The translations under genes were made by a program, and so were the position numbers. A stretch of 64,000 bases of DNA from Cyanophyceae cyanobacterium (GTDB lineage Bacteria > Cyanobacteriota > Cyanobacteriia > Cyanobacteriales > Laspinemataceae): contig JBBQFN010000004.1 in the NCBI GenBank assembly GCA_038321985.1, positions 96,001-160,000 of the forward strand. Direction: 5' to 3'. The notes under the pieces are model-generated. The model was given only the letters and a program-made list of their open reading frames with translations. It searched no databases and had not been told where the DNA came from. Each line of letters opens with the position of its first letter. Position 1 is the first letter of the stretch. Below, piece after piece: positions 44,944 through 56,241 of this stretch.

Positions 44944-46337
44944 TTCCTTCTCTCGTTTCATTTTCCGGCCCTTTTTTAAAAGTTAACTGGAATCAATAGA
45001 TGCCATTACCCTCAAGGTTGCCTTTGTAGCCTGTTTCCTTCAATCGGATTAACTCTATTCCCCGGGATTTTCAATAGATTGAGAAATAGTTTAAAGTTAT
45101 ACAGTTCTGCGGTTTATCTTTCAGTAAAATAATAGTTTATAATAATCTTTTACATGAACCTGAATAACGCTAACGCTACGGGACGAATTGCCCATTTTAA
45201 TCCTGGAATTGTAGCTCGTTAGGGTTTAATTTTCCTGGGTTTTACTTAATTGGATGAAAAACAAAATCTGTTAAAATTAAGCAGTAGTTTCACGGCCACC
45301 CCCTAAAAGAATATTCTCTTAAATTAAACTTGTTTTTTGAAAAATTACTTTTTTATGGGCAGTTAGTTTAAGGTAAAGCCATCATTCATTGAGACCCTTA
45401 CAAAGTAAGTAAACCCTGTCTTACACCCTTTTTCGTTGTTATCCTTGAGGTTTTGCTAAATGATTGATTATCTGTCCTATCATTCAGCAGGGGATTTTAC
45501 CATCGGGAAAACTTGAAAGGGCTTTTTAATAGATATTTTTATTTTAAAAATTTAAAAATTAGGCTGGAAATAGCTTGCTTTAAAAACTCTATCCAGAAGT
45601 CCTCATTTTAATTTTGAATCCATGACAGTGCTAATTTAGGGGTGCTGTAGTCCTAAAAATTTAATCGCTGCCAAAAATATTCACTGCCAGTTAACTGCCT
45701 TAAACCTTAATGGTCTAAAAAGGTTCTATCATGACGAAAAATTTTCATCGGCGATCGCCGACTTCCTTCTCATATCAAATCCTGACTTGTAGTCCCTAAC
45801 TCGCCAACGATCATCCTCCTGGTTACAATGGGGACGACAGTATTCTCAGTGTGAGTTCCCTGATTGGATAGAGATTCTAGGATTGGGGATCTCGGGTTGA
45901 TACCATCCGGGGCACCCGTAGCTACACACCCCCGGATCCAAAGATCTAGTCTAATAAAACAGCGTAAAATTGTTTACCCGTAAGGGGTTTAGTTAATTTC
46001 TAAATGATGTTAGGTAAGAGGCAGAGGGTTTGATATCAGGACTCAAGGCGATGCTGATGTTGGCAACGGGTCCCAGATTTCAAATAAATGTTATCCAGCA
46101 TGGCATGGGTAGGCTTTTAACTCACGCATCTATCTATAGGCGTAAATGTTTCTGAGAAATTGTAGCGGGGGTGTTTTTCCCGGGGACGCTAATTCCCTAT
46201 TGATTCCCAGAATTACCATCCCTAAAGGAATTGAAGCGTTAAGCCGACTCACAACACAGCCAGGATTGCGCCGATTTGGGAGCCTCTGAAACCCAAAATA
46301 GTTAAGTATATTTGCTTAATTCGGACAAAAATAAAAA

Positions 46338-46383
46338 AACTTAACATTTCGTAATGATTTCTGGCCCGGAGGCAGTGTATAAA
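46338..46383 (+). promoter_or_regulatory. Probable cpcB promoter: HLR1-like repeat and -10 element
   Basis: Minus strand ATTACGAA-AT-GTTAAGTT (46338-46355); TATAAA at 46378-46383, about 290 nt upstream of cpcB. Confidence 0.45.
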
Positions 46384-46669
46384 GGTAACCTGAAGGGGTG
46401 GAGAAACGAAAAAGTTAACCTGAGTATTGATTAAAAAAGGTTTTCAAGTTTCTCATACTTCTGCTAATATTTTCTAAGATTTCTCGAAAGCGGGTGACAA
46501 AGCCCCAACAGGGCCCAGCCACTAACTTCGAGTCCAGCTTTAAACATACTGATTGTTGTAGTGTTGTAGCTGGGGTTGGTCGGAACCTAACAAGCTGTAC
46601 AGCTTGAACGGGATCAACTAAACTTGATTGAAGCCCAAACCAAGCCAATAAATAAAGGAGATTGAGTAC

Positions 46670-47188
46670 ATGCTAGACGCATTTGCAAAAGTTGTTTCGC
46701 AAGCAGACGCACGTGGCGAATTCCTGAGCACCGCCCAATTGGATGCTCTGACCAACATGGTCAAAGAAGGTAACAAACGCTTGGATACCGTCAACCGGAT
46801 CACCAGTAACGCTTCTCAAATCGTTTCTGAAGCCGCTCGTTCTCTGTTCTCTGAGCAACCTCAGCTGATCCAACCCGGTGGAAATGCTTACACCAACCGT
46901 CGTATGGCAGCTTGCTTACGCGACATGGAAATCATCCTACGCTATGTCACCTACGCAGTAATTGCCGGTGATGCCAGCGTGTTAGACGATCGCTGCTTGA
47001 ATGGTCTTCGTGAAACCTACCAAGCCCTGGGCGTTCCCGGTGGTTCGGTTGCCACAGGCGTTCAAAAAATGAAAGATGCCGCTGTCCGCATCGCCAACGA
47101 TCCCGCAGGTATCACTCCTGGAGATTGCAGCGCTTTGATGTCTGAGATTGCTGGCTACTTTGATCGCGCAGCTTCTGCGGTTTCCTAG
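46670..47188 (+). CDS. cpcB: Phycocyanin beta subunit
   Basis: [41 protein letters not shown]; 172 aa. Confidence 0.98.
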   Translation: MLDAFAKVVSQADARGEFLSTAQLDALTNMVKEGNKRLDTVNRITSNASQIVSEAARSLFSEQPQLIQPGGNAYTNRRMAACLRDMEIILRYVTYAVIAGDASVLDDRCLNGLRETYQALGVPGGSVATGVQKMKDAAVRIANDPAGITPGDCSALMSEIAGYFDRAASAVS

Positions 47189-47309
47189 TCCAAAGAGATC
47201 GCGACTAAAACCCGACTTATATTTTAAGGATCTAGCCATTAAGCCAAATCCTTAAAAACCAAAACCAAAGAACGAAAAATTAGTACAACCCTAGGGAGAT
47301 ACTGCAACG

Positions 47310-47798
47310 ATGAAAACCCCAATTACTGAAGCAATTTCTTCTGCTGACGCTCAAGGCCGTTTCTTGGGCAACTCCGAACTCCAAGCCGTTGATGGACGCT
47401 TCAAGCGTGCTCAAGCCAGCATGGAAGCCGCTCGTGCTTTAACCGGCAACGCTCAACGCTTAACTGAAGGCGCTGCACAAGCTGTTTACAACAAGTTCCC
47501 CTACACCACCTCCATGCAGGGACCGAACTATGCTTCCACCGAAACCGGCAAGCAAAAATGCTCTCGTGATATCAGCTACTACTTGCGCATGGTTACCTAC
47601 TGCTTAGTTGCTGGTGGTACCGGCCCCATGGATGAGTATTTGATTGCTGGTTTAGATGAAATCAACAGCACCTTTGATTTATCTCCTAGCTGGTACGTTG
47701 AAGCCCTCAAGTACGTCAAGAGCAATCATGGTTTAAGCGGACAAGCTGCCGTTGAAGCCAACACCTACATCGATTATGCAATCAACGCCCTGAGCTAA
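47310..47798 (+). CDS. cpcA: Phycocyanin alpha subunit
   Basis: [37 protein letters not shown]; 162 aa. Confidence 0.98.
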   Translation: MKTPITEAISSADAQGRFLGNSELQAVDGRFKRAQASMEAARALTGNAQRLTEGAAQAVYNKFPYTTSMQGPNYASTETGKQKCSRDISYYLRMVTYCLVAGGTGPMDEYLIAGLDEINSTFDLSPSWYVEALKYVKSNHGLSGQAAVEANTYIDYAINALS

Positions 47799-48038
47799 TA
47801 GATGCATTCTTCTCGCATCTATCTGATTGCTTAGAACGGTAAAAGGTGAGATGTCCGGGGAGGTAGGCGGGTGCTGGCAGCAGGCTAGTCTCTGTTTACC
47901 TGTCCGGACATCTTTGTATTTGTTGAGGCCGAAAAACCCCGTGATGTGATAAAGATCGCGGCAGCAAGATTTTGGATGGTCTGAAGAAAAACACATCTAA
48001 AATCAAAACAGTAAAAATTTTTTTTGGAGATTGTTTAG

Positions 48039-48899
48039 ATGGCAATTACAACAGCAGCATCCCGTTTGGGAACGACTCCTTATGGTGATACAGGCCGGGT
48101 AGAACTGCGTCAAAATAGCAGTGAACAAGATGTCGAAGCAGTAATTCGCAGCGTTTACCGTCAGGTACTCGGCAACGATTACGTGATGAAATCTCAGCGC
48201 CTCAACAGTGCTGAATCGCTGCTGAAAAATGGCAAAATGACTGTGCGCGATTTCGTCCGCGCTGTGGCTAAATCGGAACTTTACAAAGAAAAGTTTCTTT
48301 ACCCCAATTTCCAAACCCGAGTCATCGAACTCAATTATAAGCATCTGTTGGGACGCGCTCCCTATGATGAGAGCGAGGTGATTTACCACCTGGATCTGTA
48401 TGAAAACCACGGATTTGATGCCGAAATCGATTCCTACATTGATTCCCCCGAATATGAAAGCAGCTTTGGGGACAATATCGTACCGTACTACCGTGGATTT
48501 GATACCCAAACCGGTCAAAAAACCGTAGGGTTTAATCGGATGTTCCGCCTCTATCGCGGTTATGCCAACAGCGATCGCGCTCAACTCGAAGGGACCAAAT
48601 CTCGTTTGATTCGTGAACTCAGCAAAAATCAAACGAACACGATTGTTGCTCCTTCCGGTGGTTCTGATGGTTGGTCCTACCGTTCTTCCGTCGATTCTTC
48701 TCCCGCAACCTGCCTTGGTGGTGCGTTTGTGGGCTTTGGGAAAGATGGCAGTGTGTATCGCATCGAAGTAACCGGACTCCGCCAAACCGGCGTGCGTCGC
48801 AGTTGCCAAACCTTCATCGTTCCTTACGAGAGCTTATCTACGAAACTTCAACAAATCCTGAAGCAAGGCGGAAAAATCGCCAGCATCACGACTGCCTAA
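48039..48899 (+). CDS. cpcC: Phycocyanin rod linker
   Basis: [38 protein letters not shown]-terminal GGKIASIT. Confidence 0.96.
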   Translation: MAITTAASRLGTTPYGDTGRVELRQNSSEQDVEAVIRSVYRQVLGNDYVMKSQRLNSAESLLKNGKMTVRDFVRAVAKSELYKEKFLYPNFQTRVIELNYKHLLGRAPYDESEVIYHLDLYENHGFDAEIDSYIDSPEYESSFGDNIVPYYRGFDTQTGQKTVGFNRMFRLYRGYANSDRAQLEGTKSRLIRELSKNQTNTIVAPSGGSDGWSYRSSVDSSPATCLGGAFVGFGKDGSVYRIEVTGLRQTGVRRSCQTFIVPYESLSTKLQQILKQGGKIASITTA

Positions 48900-49104
48900 T
48901 TTAGGATCAAGTTTCAGACGACCCACAGGTACCAAACGGCCCTGTAACTGGAGTAATCCGTGAGAAATAGCGGCGATAGATAGGTGGAACAAAGTAATAA
49001 CTTATCTAATTGTTCAGCTATCACGGATTAAAATAGGGACGGGAATATGGCGATCGCCTGTGGGTTAATCCCTTCAATCTATACCAAAGGAGCTAGTCAA
49101 TAAA

Positions 49105-49422
49105 ATGTTAGGTCAAGTTGCAGGCGGAAATCAATCTAATACCCAAGCAGGAAACCGAGTCTTTCGTTATGAAGTGACCGGATTGCGTCAAAACGAAGAA
49201 AGCGATCAGAGCAACTACTCTATTCGCCAGAGCGGAAGTGTCTTTATGACAGTTCCCTACAATCGCATGAACGAAGAAATGCAGCGGATTACCCGCTTAG
49301 GTGGAAAAATTGTCAGCATTCAACCCTTGAGTGTTGAGAATCAAGCTCATAGTCAGGCTCATAATGAGCATCAGCATGATGCTCATCATGATGCTCATAG
49401 TGATAGCAAAGGAGAAGCCTAA
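49105..49422 (+). CDS. cpcD: Rod-capping linker CpcD with a His-rich tail
   Basis: RVFRYEVTGLRQ, VPYNRMNEEMQRITRLGGKIVSI. Confidence 0.93.
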   Translation: MLGQVAGGNQSNTQAGNRVFRYEVTGLRQNEESDQSNYSIRQSGSVFMTVPYNRMNEEMQRITRLGGKIVSIQPLSVENQAHSQAHNEHQHDAHHDAHSDSKGEA

Positions 49423-49465
49423 TTTGTAGGCGCTTGCTTACGAGTTAGTCAGACCCGTTTAAGTA

Positions 49466-50311
49466 ATGTTGGACAATTTTGAAGGAAACTCACCGTCCCC
49501 TCGTGAAGGGGACGGTGAGACTTTAACTGTAGAAGTGGCGATCGCTAATTTGCGCCACGAAGACTTGAGCTTGCGTTACTACGCCGCTTGGTGGATTGGC
49601 CGATTTGGTGTCCGCGAACCAGCAGCGATCGATGCCCTGCTGGATTTGTTATCAGAAGAAGGGGATAAAACCGATGCGGGTGGGTTCCCCCTGCGTCGAA
49701 ATGCCGCCAGAGCACTGGGAAAAGTCGGCGACGATCGCGCAGTTCCTGCCCTGATTGATTGCTTGGAATGCTCGGATTATTATGTCCGCGAAGCTGCTGC
49801 GGAAGGTTTGGAACGACTCGGCGATCGCACCGCAGTCCCGGCCCTGATGAAATTACTCTCCGGTGGGATTGCCGCAGCAGTGCAAATGCCGGGAAAACCC
49901 CATCTTACCCAACCCTACGATACGATCTTAGAAGCGTTGGGAACCTTGCAAGCCACAGAAGCGATTTCCCGGATTCAACCGTTTCTAGAGCATTCGTTTG
50001 CGCGGGTGCAGTATTCCGCAGCCCGTGCTATGTATCAACTGACTGGGGAAGCAGTGTATGGAGAACGCTTGATTCAAGCTTTGCAGGGAAAAGATTTGCA
50101 ACTGCGGCGATCGGCACTCTTAGACTTGGGGGCGATCGCCTATTTGCCCGCTGCCAAAGCAATTTCTCAAACCTTGGCAGAAAATAGCATTAAATTGATT
50201 GCTCTTAAAGGACTGATCGAGCATCATCTGACAATTCCCCATCCGGATGCTGCCCCAGATTTATCTCCAGAATTGATTGAAGTCATGAATCTCATGGATA
50301 GTCTGTTATAG
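49466..50311 (+). CDS. cpcE: Phycocyanobilin lyase subunit CpcE
   Basis: DLSLRYYAAWW.G, GGFPLRRNAARALG, HEAT repeats; operon position. Confidence 0.95.
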   Translation: MLDNFEGNSPSPREGDGETLTVEVAIANLRHEDLSLRYYAAWWIGRFGVREPAAIDALLDLLSEEGDKTDAGGFPLRRNAARALGKVGDDRAVPALIDCLECSDYYVREAAAEGLERLGDRTAVPALMKLLSGGIAAAVQMPGKPHLTQPYDTILEALGTLQATEAISRIQPFLEHSFARVQYSAARAMYQLTGEAVYGERLIQALQGKDLQLRRSALLDLGAIAYLPAAKAISQTLAENSIKLIALKGLIEHHLTIPHPDAAPDLSPELIEVMNLMDSLL

Positions 50312-50360
50312 GCGATCGCAACGGGGGGGGAGAAACTGAGTCAGTTGTCAGGAATCGGGG

Positions 50361-50446
50361 ACCCCACCCTAACCCTCCCCTTGCCAAGGGGAGGGGACCG
50401 GACCAATTGTAGGCCCTTCGACTCTTCGACAAGCTCAGAGCTCAGG
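50361..50446. repeat. REP-like palindromic repeats in the cpcE-cpcF spacer
   Basis: CCCCACCCTAA-CCCTCCCCTT-GCC-AAGGGGAGGG hairpin, followed by CCCTTCGACTCTTCGACAAGCTCAGAGCTCAGG with internal duplications. Confidence 0.6.
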
Positions 50447-50550
50447 AGGCATTGCCCACATAGCTGTTCGGATGGGGGATTGCCCACCCTACTCCTTTTG
50501 TGTCGATTAAAATTAACCCTTTTTAATAAAACAGCGATCAAGCAGTTGTT

Positions 50551-51204
50551 ATGACTGAAAATGCCGGAATCACACAACTGATTAAAGCCGTTGAACAGGC
50601 AGACTCCGCAGAAGGTTTAACTAATGCCCTGTGGAAATTAGCACAAGCGCGATCGCCCCAGGCAATTCCTACCTTAATTGAAGCCCTCGGTTTCAATAAC
50701 CCCGGTGCTGCCGTTGCTGGAGTGGAGGGATTGGTTGCCCTGGGTGAAATCGCCGTTGTCCCCCTATTGGAAGAACTAGATGGGTTCAATTATGGGGCCA
50801 GAGCCTGGGCCTTGCGGGCCTTAGCCAAAATAGGCGACCCGCGCGGACTAGAGTTACTCTTAGACACCGCAGGGAATGACTTTGCCCTGAGTGTGCGTCG
50901 CGCTGCGGCAACCGGGCTGGGAAATATCCTTTGGGAAAAAATGCCCCCGGATGACAGGGCGGCTGCCCAAGAAAAAGTCTATCAAACCCTTCTAGAAGTT
51001 CTGCAAGACCCCGAATGGGTCGTTCGCTATGCGGCAGTAGTGGGAATGCAAGGATTAGCTACGGCTGCGGTTGCCCATTCGCCGATGTGGTTACAGCAAC
51101 TCTCGACCCACTTAGGCGATCGGGCCAAATCCGATGGGGAATTAGTCGTCCGTGCTCGAGCTCAACTAGCCTATCAGCAATTACAAGTTACAGCCCACCT
51201 TTAA
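50551..51204 (+). CDS. cpcF: Phycocyanobilin lyase subunit CpcF
   Basis: LGFNNPGAAVA, NYGARAWA.RALA, DFALSVRRAAA.GLG, DPEWVVRYAA. Confidence 0.95.
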   Translation: MTENAGITQLIKAVEQADSAEGLTNALWKLAQARSPQAIPTLIEALGFNNPGAAVAGVEGLVALGEIAVVPLLEELDGFNYGARAWALRALAKIGDPRGLELLLDTAGNDFALSVRRAAATGLGNILWEKMPPDDRAAAQEKVYQTLLEVLQDPEWVVRYAAVVGMQGLATAAVAHSPMWLQQLSTHLGDRAKSDGELVVRARAQLAYQQLQVTAHL

Positions 51205-51211
51205 ATCCTGC

Positions 51212-51397
51212 TTACTTGCCTGAAGACCCCGAACCCTCTGAGGGTTCTCTCAAAAAGGCTTGAACCAGACTCCAAAAGGTCCACATCAAGCCAGTCCCTA
51301 AGACCATTAGCATCAAAACCGACAAGGCCCCAAAGGGAGAAAGGACTGCCATCAGCAACAGGCCAAAGATTAAAAGAGTAGCGATGGGCTGATTCAT
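51212..51397 (-). CDS. Small two-TM hypothetical protein
   Basis: AGGAG upstream; hydrophobic helices around an LSPF motif. Confidence 0.55.
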   Translation of the reverse strand: MNQPIATLLIFGLLLMAVLSPFGALSVLMLMVLGTGLMWTFWSLVQAFLREPSEGSGSSGK

Positions 51398-51508
51398 GGG
51401 ACCGGATTGCTCCTGTATCGGACTCGATACCCTAAGTTTATCCAGTCAGATGGGCTTGTGACCTCTTTCCCTGTACTGAGATTTAATTCGCCCTTGGGGT
51501 TTTCTTGA

Positions 51509-52222
51509 TTACATGGGGTTTATAGTCTTAGTGCATAAATATGTACCCATCACGCCATCTTCAATACTCTGACGCTGAATACTAAACCCATTACGGGACA
51601 ACAATCCCTCAAAAATCCAGTCATAAGTCGAATATTCATCCCGGAAGTGTCCTTCCGCATCTTCCCGAAGAAAATCGCCCCCGGCGGCGGCCTGTTTTTC
51701 AATAAAAGCGGCAATATTGTCAAGGGAATGATGTTCCTTGATAATCACATCGTGAATATAAAACAGACCCCCAGGTTTGAGCATCCGATTGATTCGCCCT
51801 AAAGCGATTCCCTTCCAGAAGTCAGGCAGATGATGGAAGGCAAAAGTTGTCGTAATCGCATCTACCGATTCATCGGGATGCTCATAGGACAGAAATCCGC
51901 CATGACAAAAAGTAATATTCGACACTCCAGCTTTAGCGGCTTTAGTTTCCGCATATTCCAACATGGTTGGGGAAATATCCACCGCATAAACTTTTACCCC
52001 ACGGATGGCAGCTTGAATCGCGAAAGTGCCGGTCCCCGCCCCAAAATCAATGATTACATCGTTTGTCTTTAGGGCGAGTAAATCAAGGAGGGCATTGCTT
52101 TCTTTCTCAATATCTCGGAAGTCCGCATGGCTGGAATCATACACCTCAACTTCCGTGGGAATACCATAGTCTTTACCGACCTGCTGGAACTCATCGTATT
52201 GCCAGGATAAGGGAAATTTCAT
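51509..52222 (-). CDS. Class I SAM-dependent methyltransferase
   Basis: IIDFGAGTG, AVDISPTML, AFHHLPD, LKPGG. ATG at 52222 preferred. Confidence 0.88.
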   Translation of the reverse strand: MKFPLSWQYDEFQQVGKDYGIPTEVEVYDSSHADFRDIEKESNALLDLLALKTNDVIIDFGAGTGTFAIQAAIRGVKVYAVDISPTMLEYAETKAAKAGVSNITFCHGGFLSYEHPDESVDAITTTFAFHHLPDFWKGIALGRINRMLKPGGLFYIHDVIIKEHHSLDNIAAFIEKQAAAGGDFLREDAEGHFRDEYSTYDWIFEGLLSRNGFSIQRQSIEDGVMGTYLCTKTINPM

Positions 52223-52390
52223 TTTGATTATGTTATTTACAGAACGTGCCGGGTCAGTTAAATCCACGAACGGGTCCCTGAGTCCGTGGTAGAGATATCG
52301 GGATTATAACTGAACAGTCTTATCTGTCTTAAAAAAGTCCGGTGGAGGGGTTGCATAACTACCCTGAACTTTGGTAGAGTTAAAATTCCT

Positions 52391-52463
52391 GCTGGTGTAG
52401 CTCAGTTGGTAGAGCAACGCACTTGTAATGCGTGGGTCGCGGGTTCAACTCCTGTCACCAGCT
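52391..52463 (+). tRNA. tRNA-Thr(UGU)
   Basis: Acceptor stem GCTGGTG/CACCAGC, D-arm GCTCAGTTGGTAGAGC, anticodon arm ACGCA-CTTGTAA-TGCGT, T-loop GGTTCAACTCC; CCA not encoded. TTGCAT-18-TAGAGT promoter-like motif upstream. Confidence 0.97.
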
Positions 52464-52488
52464 TTAAATTCATCGTTGGCATCGTCAG

Positions 52489-52520
52489 AAAAAAGCCTCC
52501 CTGGAAAGGGAGGCTTTTTA
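52489..52520. terminator. Bidirectional terminator between tRNA-Thr and icd
   Basis: AAAAAAGCCTCCCT-GGAA-AGGGAGGCTTTTT. Confidence 0.85.
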
Positions 52521-52536
52521 GTCTTTTGCCAGTAGT

Positions 52537-53964
52537 CTAATCGTTGAAGTGGTTAATAATCGCGTCGGCAAACTCCGAACACTTGAGGGGTTTTTCCACT
52601 GGGGGTTCCATTAACCGTGCCAAATCGTAAGTCACTTCGCTGTTAGAAATGGCTCCACCAATGCCTATTTTAATCAGGTCGGCGGCTTCTTGCCATCCCA
52701 TATATTCCAGCATCATCACTCCGGAGAGGATGACAGAACCGGGATTAATGCGATCGAGACCCGCGTGTTTGGGTGCAGTGCCGTGAGTCGCCTCAAAAAT
52801 AGCGCATCGATCGCCAATATTGGCACCGGGTCCCATTCCCAATCCACCCACGATCGCCGCTGCTGCATCGGAGAGATAATCCCCGTTTAAATTCATCGTT
52901 GCCAGAATCGAATACTCATCGGGTCGGGTTTGGACTTGTTGGAAGATACTATCGGCAATGCGGTCATTGACCATAATTTTCTCTTTCCACTTGCGATCGC
53001 CGTGAGTCTCCCAGATGTCATCAAGCACCTGCTGGACTTCGGCGCAAACCACCGCCCGTTTTTCCTCCGTCAGTGCATCGTAACCCGGGTCAATCTGACG
53101 AGCATTCTCTTCGATACTCAGATCCGGGTTATTTTCTTTGTTGCTCAAAATCCAGGATTCCCGTTCCGTGACACACTCATCGCGAAACTCGCTGGTTGCC
53201 AGTTCATAACCCCAATCCCGGAAAGCCCCTTCGGTGTACTTCATAATATTGCCCTTATGGACTAAAGTCACCATTTGTTTGTCTTTCGGCAACCGTAAAG
53301 CGTGTTTAATCGCGCGGCGCACCAGACGTTGGGAATTGGTTTTGCTAATTGATTTAATCCCAATGCCAGAGTCTAAAAGAATTTGCTTTTTCCCATGTTC
53401 CGGGGTTTGGGGAATCAATTGATTATTGAGGATATCAATTAATTTCTCGCAAATTTCCGTACCTGCACGCCACTCAATGCCTAGATAAATATCTTCGGTA
53501 TTTTCCCGATAGACAATCACATTGAGTTGTTCAGGATGTTTATGAGGGGAAGGGGTCCCGGGATAATATTTACAAGGTCGCACACAGGCATAGAGGTCGT
53601 GAATCTGACGTAGGGCCACATTCAGGGAGCGAATTCCGCCACCCACAGGGGTTGTTAGAGGGCCTTTAATAGCGATGCCATATTCTGCGATCGCCTTGTT
53701 GGTATCCTCGGGCAAATATTGATAGGTGCCGTACTTTTCAAAGGCTTCATCTCCGGCGTAGATTTTAAACCAGCTAATTTTACGTTTGCCGCCATAAGCT
53801 GCTTCTACTGCAGCATCAAAAACTTTTTGGGAGGCAGGCCAAATATCAACCCCCGTCCCATCGCCGCGAATGAAGGGGATGATGGGGTTATCGGGAACAA
53901 TGGGTTCACCATTTTCAAAAGTAATGCGATCGCCAGTTGTCGGGGGAGTCAGTTTCTCGTACAT
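52537..53964 (-). CDS. icd: NADP-dependent isocitrate dehydrogenase
   Basis: [57 protein letters not shown]. Confidence 0.97.
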   Translation of the reverse strand: MYEKLTPPTTGDRITFENGEPIVPDNPIIPFIRGDGTGVDIWPASQKVFDAAVEAAYGGKRKISWFKIYAGDEAFEKYGTYQYLPEDTNKAIAEYGIAIKGPLTTPVGGGIRSLNVALRQIHDLYACVRPCKYYPGTPSPHKHPEQLNVIVYRENTEDIYLGIEWRAGTEICEKLIDILNNQLIPQTPEHGKKQILLDSGIGIKSISKTNSQRLVRRAIKHALRLPKDKQMVTLVHKGNIMKYTEGAFRDWGYELATSEFRDECVTERESWILSNKENNPDLSIEENARQIDPGYDALTEEKRAVVCAEVQQVLDDIWETHGDRKWKEKIMVNDRIADSIFQQVQTRPDEYSILATMNLNGDYLSDAAAAIVGGLGMGPGANIGDRCAIFEATHGTAPKHAGLDRINPGSVILSGVMMLEYMGWQEAADLIKIGIGGAISNSEVTYDLARLMEPPVEKPLKCSEFADAIINHFND

Positions 53965-54126
53965 AGTCCACTTACGGTTAAGTTGGGTTAAAGCTGAACC
54001 TTCAGCCTTTGAGTAGCGTATCAGAAGCCCTGGGATAAGCCGGTAATCAGTTTATCTTTTTCCCCCTCTATTCCCCCGGTTTGCTTCTGTAGAATTGAAG
54101 ACTTGATGCCTTTCGGGGAATTTCCC

Positions 54127-54170
54127 AAAAAAAATTCGGTCAGGCCCTGTATAAGGGGACTGACCGAATT
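54127..54170 (-). terminator. Terminator of the PEP-CTERM gene
   Basis: AATTCGGTCAG...CTGACCGAATT stem with a T-run on the minus strand. Confidence 0.7.
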
Positions 54171-54239
54171 GATGAATTAGCTCTCTATGAATCGGACAAG
54201 GGTTCCTGAAACGTCATCTTGTCGCGATCGCCTCAGAGA

Positions 54240-54983
54240 TTAAGCATTTTTGTTCAGTTTGCGGCGACGTGCAGCCATCAAACCACCGGCACCGATCAAC
54301 AAACCACCCATCGTCATAGGTTCGGGGACAGCAACGGGGTCAGATGGACCAGCAGGAGTTTCAACGACTGGAGTTTCAACGACTGGAGTTTCCGCAACAA
54401 TTATTGGAGATTCACCAAGGGTTTTGCTGCTTAAATCACGATTACCACCCAGCGTGCCAACGCTCATCAGACGGACGCCGAAGGTGCTTTCGCTAAAGGA
54501 ACTCAGACTCAAACCCGTTCCAGAGATAGTAAAGGTGGTCGTTCGGAAGTCATCACCATTGGCAATTCCTTGCTTCCCAATTTCTAACCCCGTGCTAAAA
54601 CTCGCGTCAGCACCGGTAAGATTTGCACTATTACCGATTGAGCCAAAGCTATTCGATGCACCGCTGAGGGCCGTAATATCAGTACCAGAAATCGTGGCGC
54701 TTGAGGGCAGATTCAAGAAGACACCGCGCAGGTCACCAATATATCCAGTGGGTCCTGCGACGACATTGACCGTAGCTTGGATGACACCTGGAGCAGTCTC
54801 GGTCAGAGTAATATCGACTGTAGGATAGTTGCTAGTGTTGGTGTTCGTTGCGTCCGTCAGATTAAAGGTGACTGGATTTGCGGTTGCGGGTGCAGCGAGG
54901 AAAGCGACAGAGGCTAAGACGAAACCGGCAGAAGTCAGAATAGATTTGCTCAGAACGGAAGTAAAAGTTAAATTAGTAATCAT
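54240..54983 (-). CDS. Secreted PEP-CTERM sorting-domain protein
   Basis: Signal peptide ending APATA, Ser/Thr/Gly-rich beta domain, C-terminal VPEP + TM + RRRK; 15-bp repeat encoding VVETP at 54355-54392. Confidence 0.9.
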   Translation of the reverse strand: MITNLTFTSVLSKSILTSAGFVLASVAFLAAPATANPVTFNLTDATNTNTSNYPTVDITLTETAPGVIQATVNVVAGPTGYIGDLRGVFLNLPSSATISGTDITALSGASNSFGSIGNSANLTGADASFSTGLEIGKQGIANGDDFRTTTFTISGTGLSLSSFSESTFGVRLMSVGTLGGNRDLSSKTLGESPIIVAETPVVETPVVETPAGPSDPVAVPEPMTMGGLLIGAGGLMAARRRKLNKNA

Positions 54984-56241
54984 GGTTTGACACCTTGCAG
55001 TTTAGAGTTAAGCAGGAGCGGCGGGTCAAGAGATAACTTTGTGTTTAGCTTCAGGTCTCTTGGGCTGATATCTCTGATTATTACCTGACCTTTCTTGATC
55101 GTCTAGGGGGTAAGGTCATTCTTTATCTAAACAAAATACTAGGGTCGGTGTTTTTAAAGATTGAAGCAAGTAGCTCAAAGATACGCTGTTTTACGGATGC
55201 CTAACTCTTGGAAATGTGCATTATATGAATTAGATCCGAGAAAACACTGAGAAAAGGATATTGTCGGGGAATTTTTTATTCGGACTAGAACGGAGAAACT
55301 TTACACTCTGTTTCAAACCGGACAGTTTAGCTAGAGGAAGGGGTTTTTTCTTCTACCCCCATACTACTCTTTTATCCCTTGATCTGCAAGGTGACTGGCT
55401 CTAATCTTCTAGGGTTGAAGCCCTTCCCAGGCCAGTATTCTCTGAATTTGAGTAGCCTGGCCACTTCGTCACAGGGCTTTATAAAACGATTGACTCAGTT
55501 TGCCTAAAGGCTAGAAAGATGGGACAGGACTTCACCGGGGTTAGGTTCCCCTGATTTGATTTTAAACGGGATTAGGAATTGTGGAGGATAGGCGATTTTA
55601 CAGTTGAGGCGATCGCCTCAATTATAAAAGCACTCTTAAATTTTCGAGGTTTTTAAAAGAAAAGCTGATAATCAATGTAAAAATGCTTAACTCTTACCCT
55701 TAAACCGGCTAATTAAAATCGTCTAGTTTGCCAGAAGTCAACCCCTGAACTGGTGGATAATATTGTGACAAATTCTCGCAATCAAACGGTCACCTTTCGT
55801 GAGAGTGAACCCAGGTAGTAGCCCCCGACACTAGCCAACCTAGAAACAGAATCAAAAGCCCCAAGATTCAACCCGATTAAATCTGACCTCCTAATTCGGA
55901 ATAGCCGAACCCCCAGATTTCACACCCAACAGCTTAAAAAAGGGGATTTTGAGATTTTTGCTAATTTGCTCTAGTCAAGAGAAGGGAGAAAATGGGGGAG
56001 AAGCGCTGCTGTGCCGCTCTTCAGAAGGAGATTGCTCGGGTCCTCAAACAAAATTGACGGCTTCAAAGAATGCTAAACTGTGATCCGGTGGGTCAAAACA
56101 CTCAAAAGTGCAACAGGGCGATCGCCGCCTTTCCCAAAATTCCGGGGAGTATTTGAGAGCGATCGCAGTGAATCTCTAGAAGAACTGAGCTAGGGAACAG
56201 ATGATTTAAGATAAAAGCTAATTGTCGCAATTTCCTAGTCC

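Noticed and set aside
48003..48809. 268-aa antisense ORF opposite cpcC, and other overlapping ORFs such as 37353-38111, 54250-54828 and 10214-10744
   Set aside because: Shadow frames of well-supported genes with no recognisable motifs.
52391..52536. tRNA-Thr as an island integration site
   Set aside because: No integrase and no duplicated tRNA 3' end were seen; the tRNA is followed directly by a terminator and icd.
54040..54060. NtcA site upstream of icd
   Set aside because: The best match GTAATCAGTTTATC lacks the TAC half-site.
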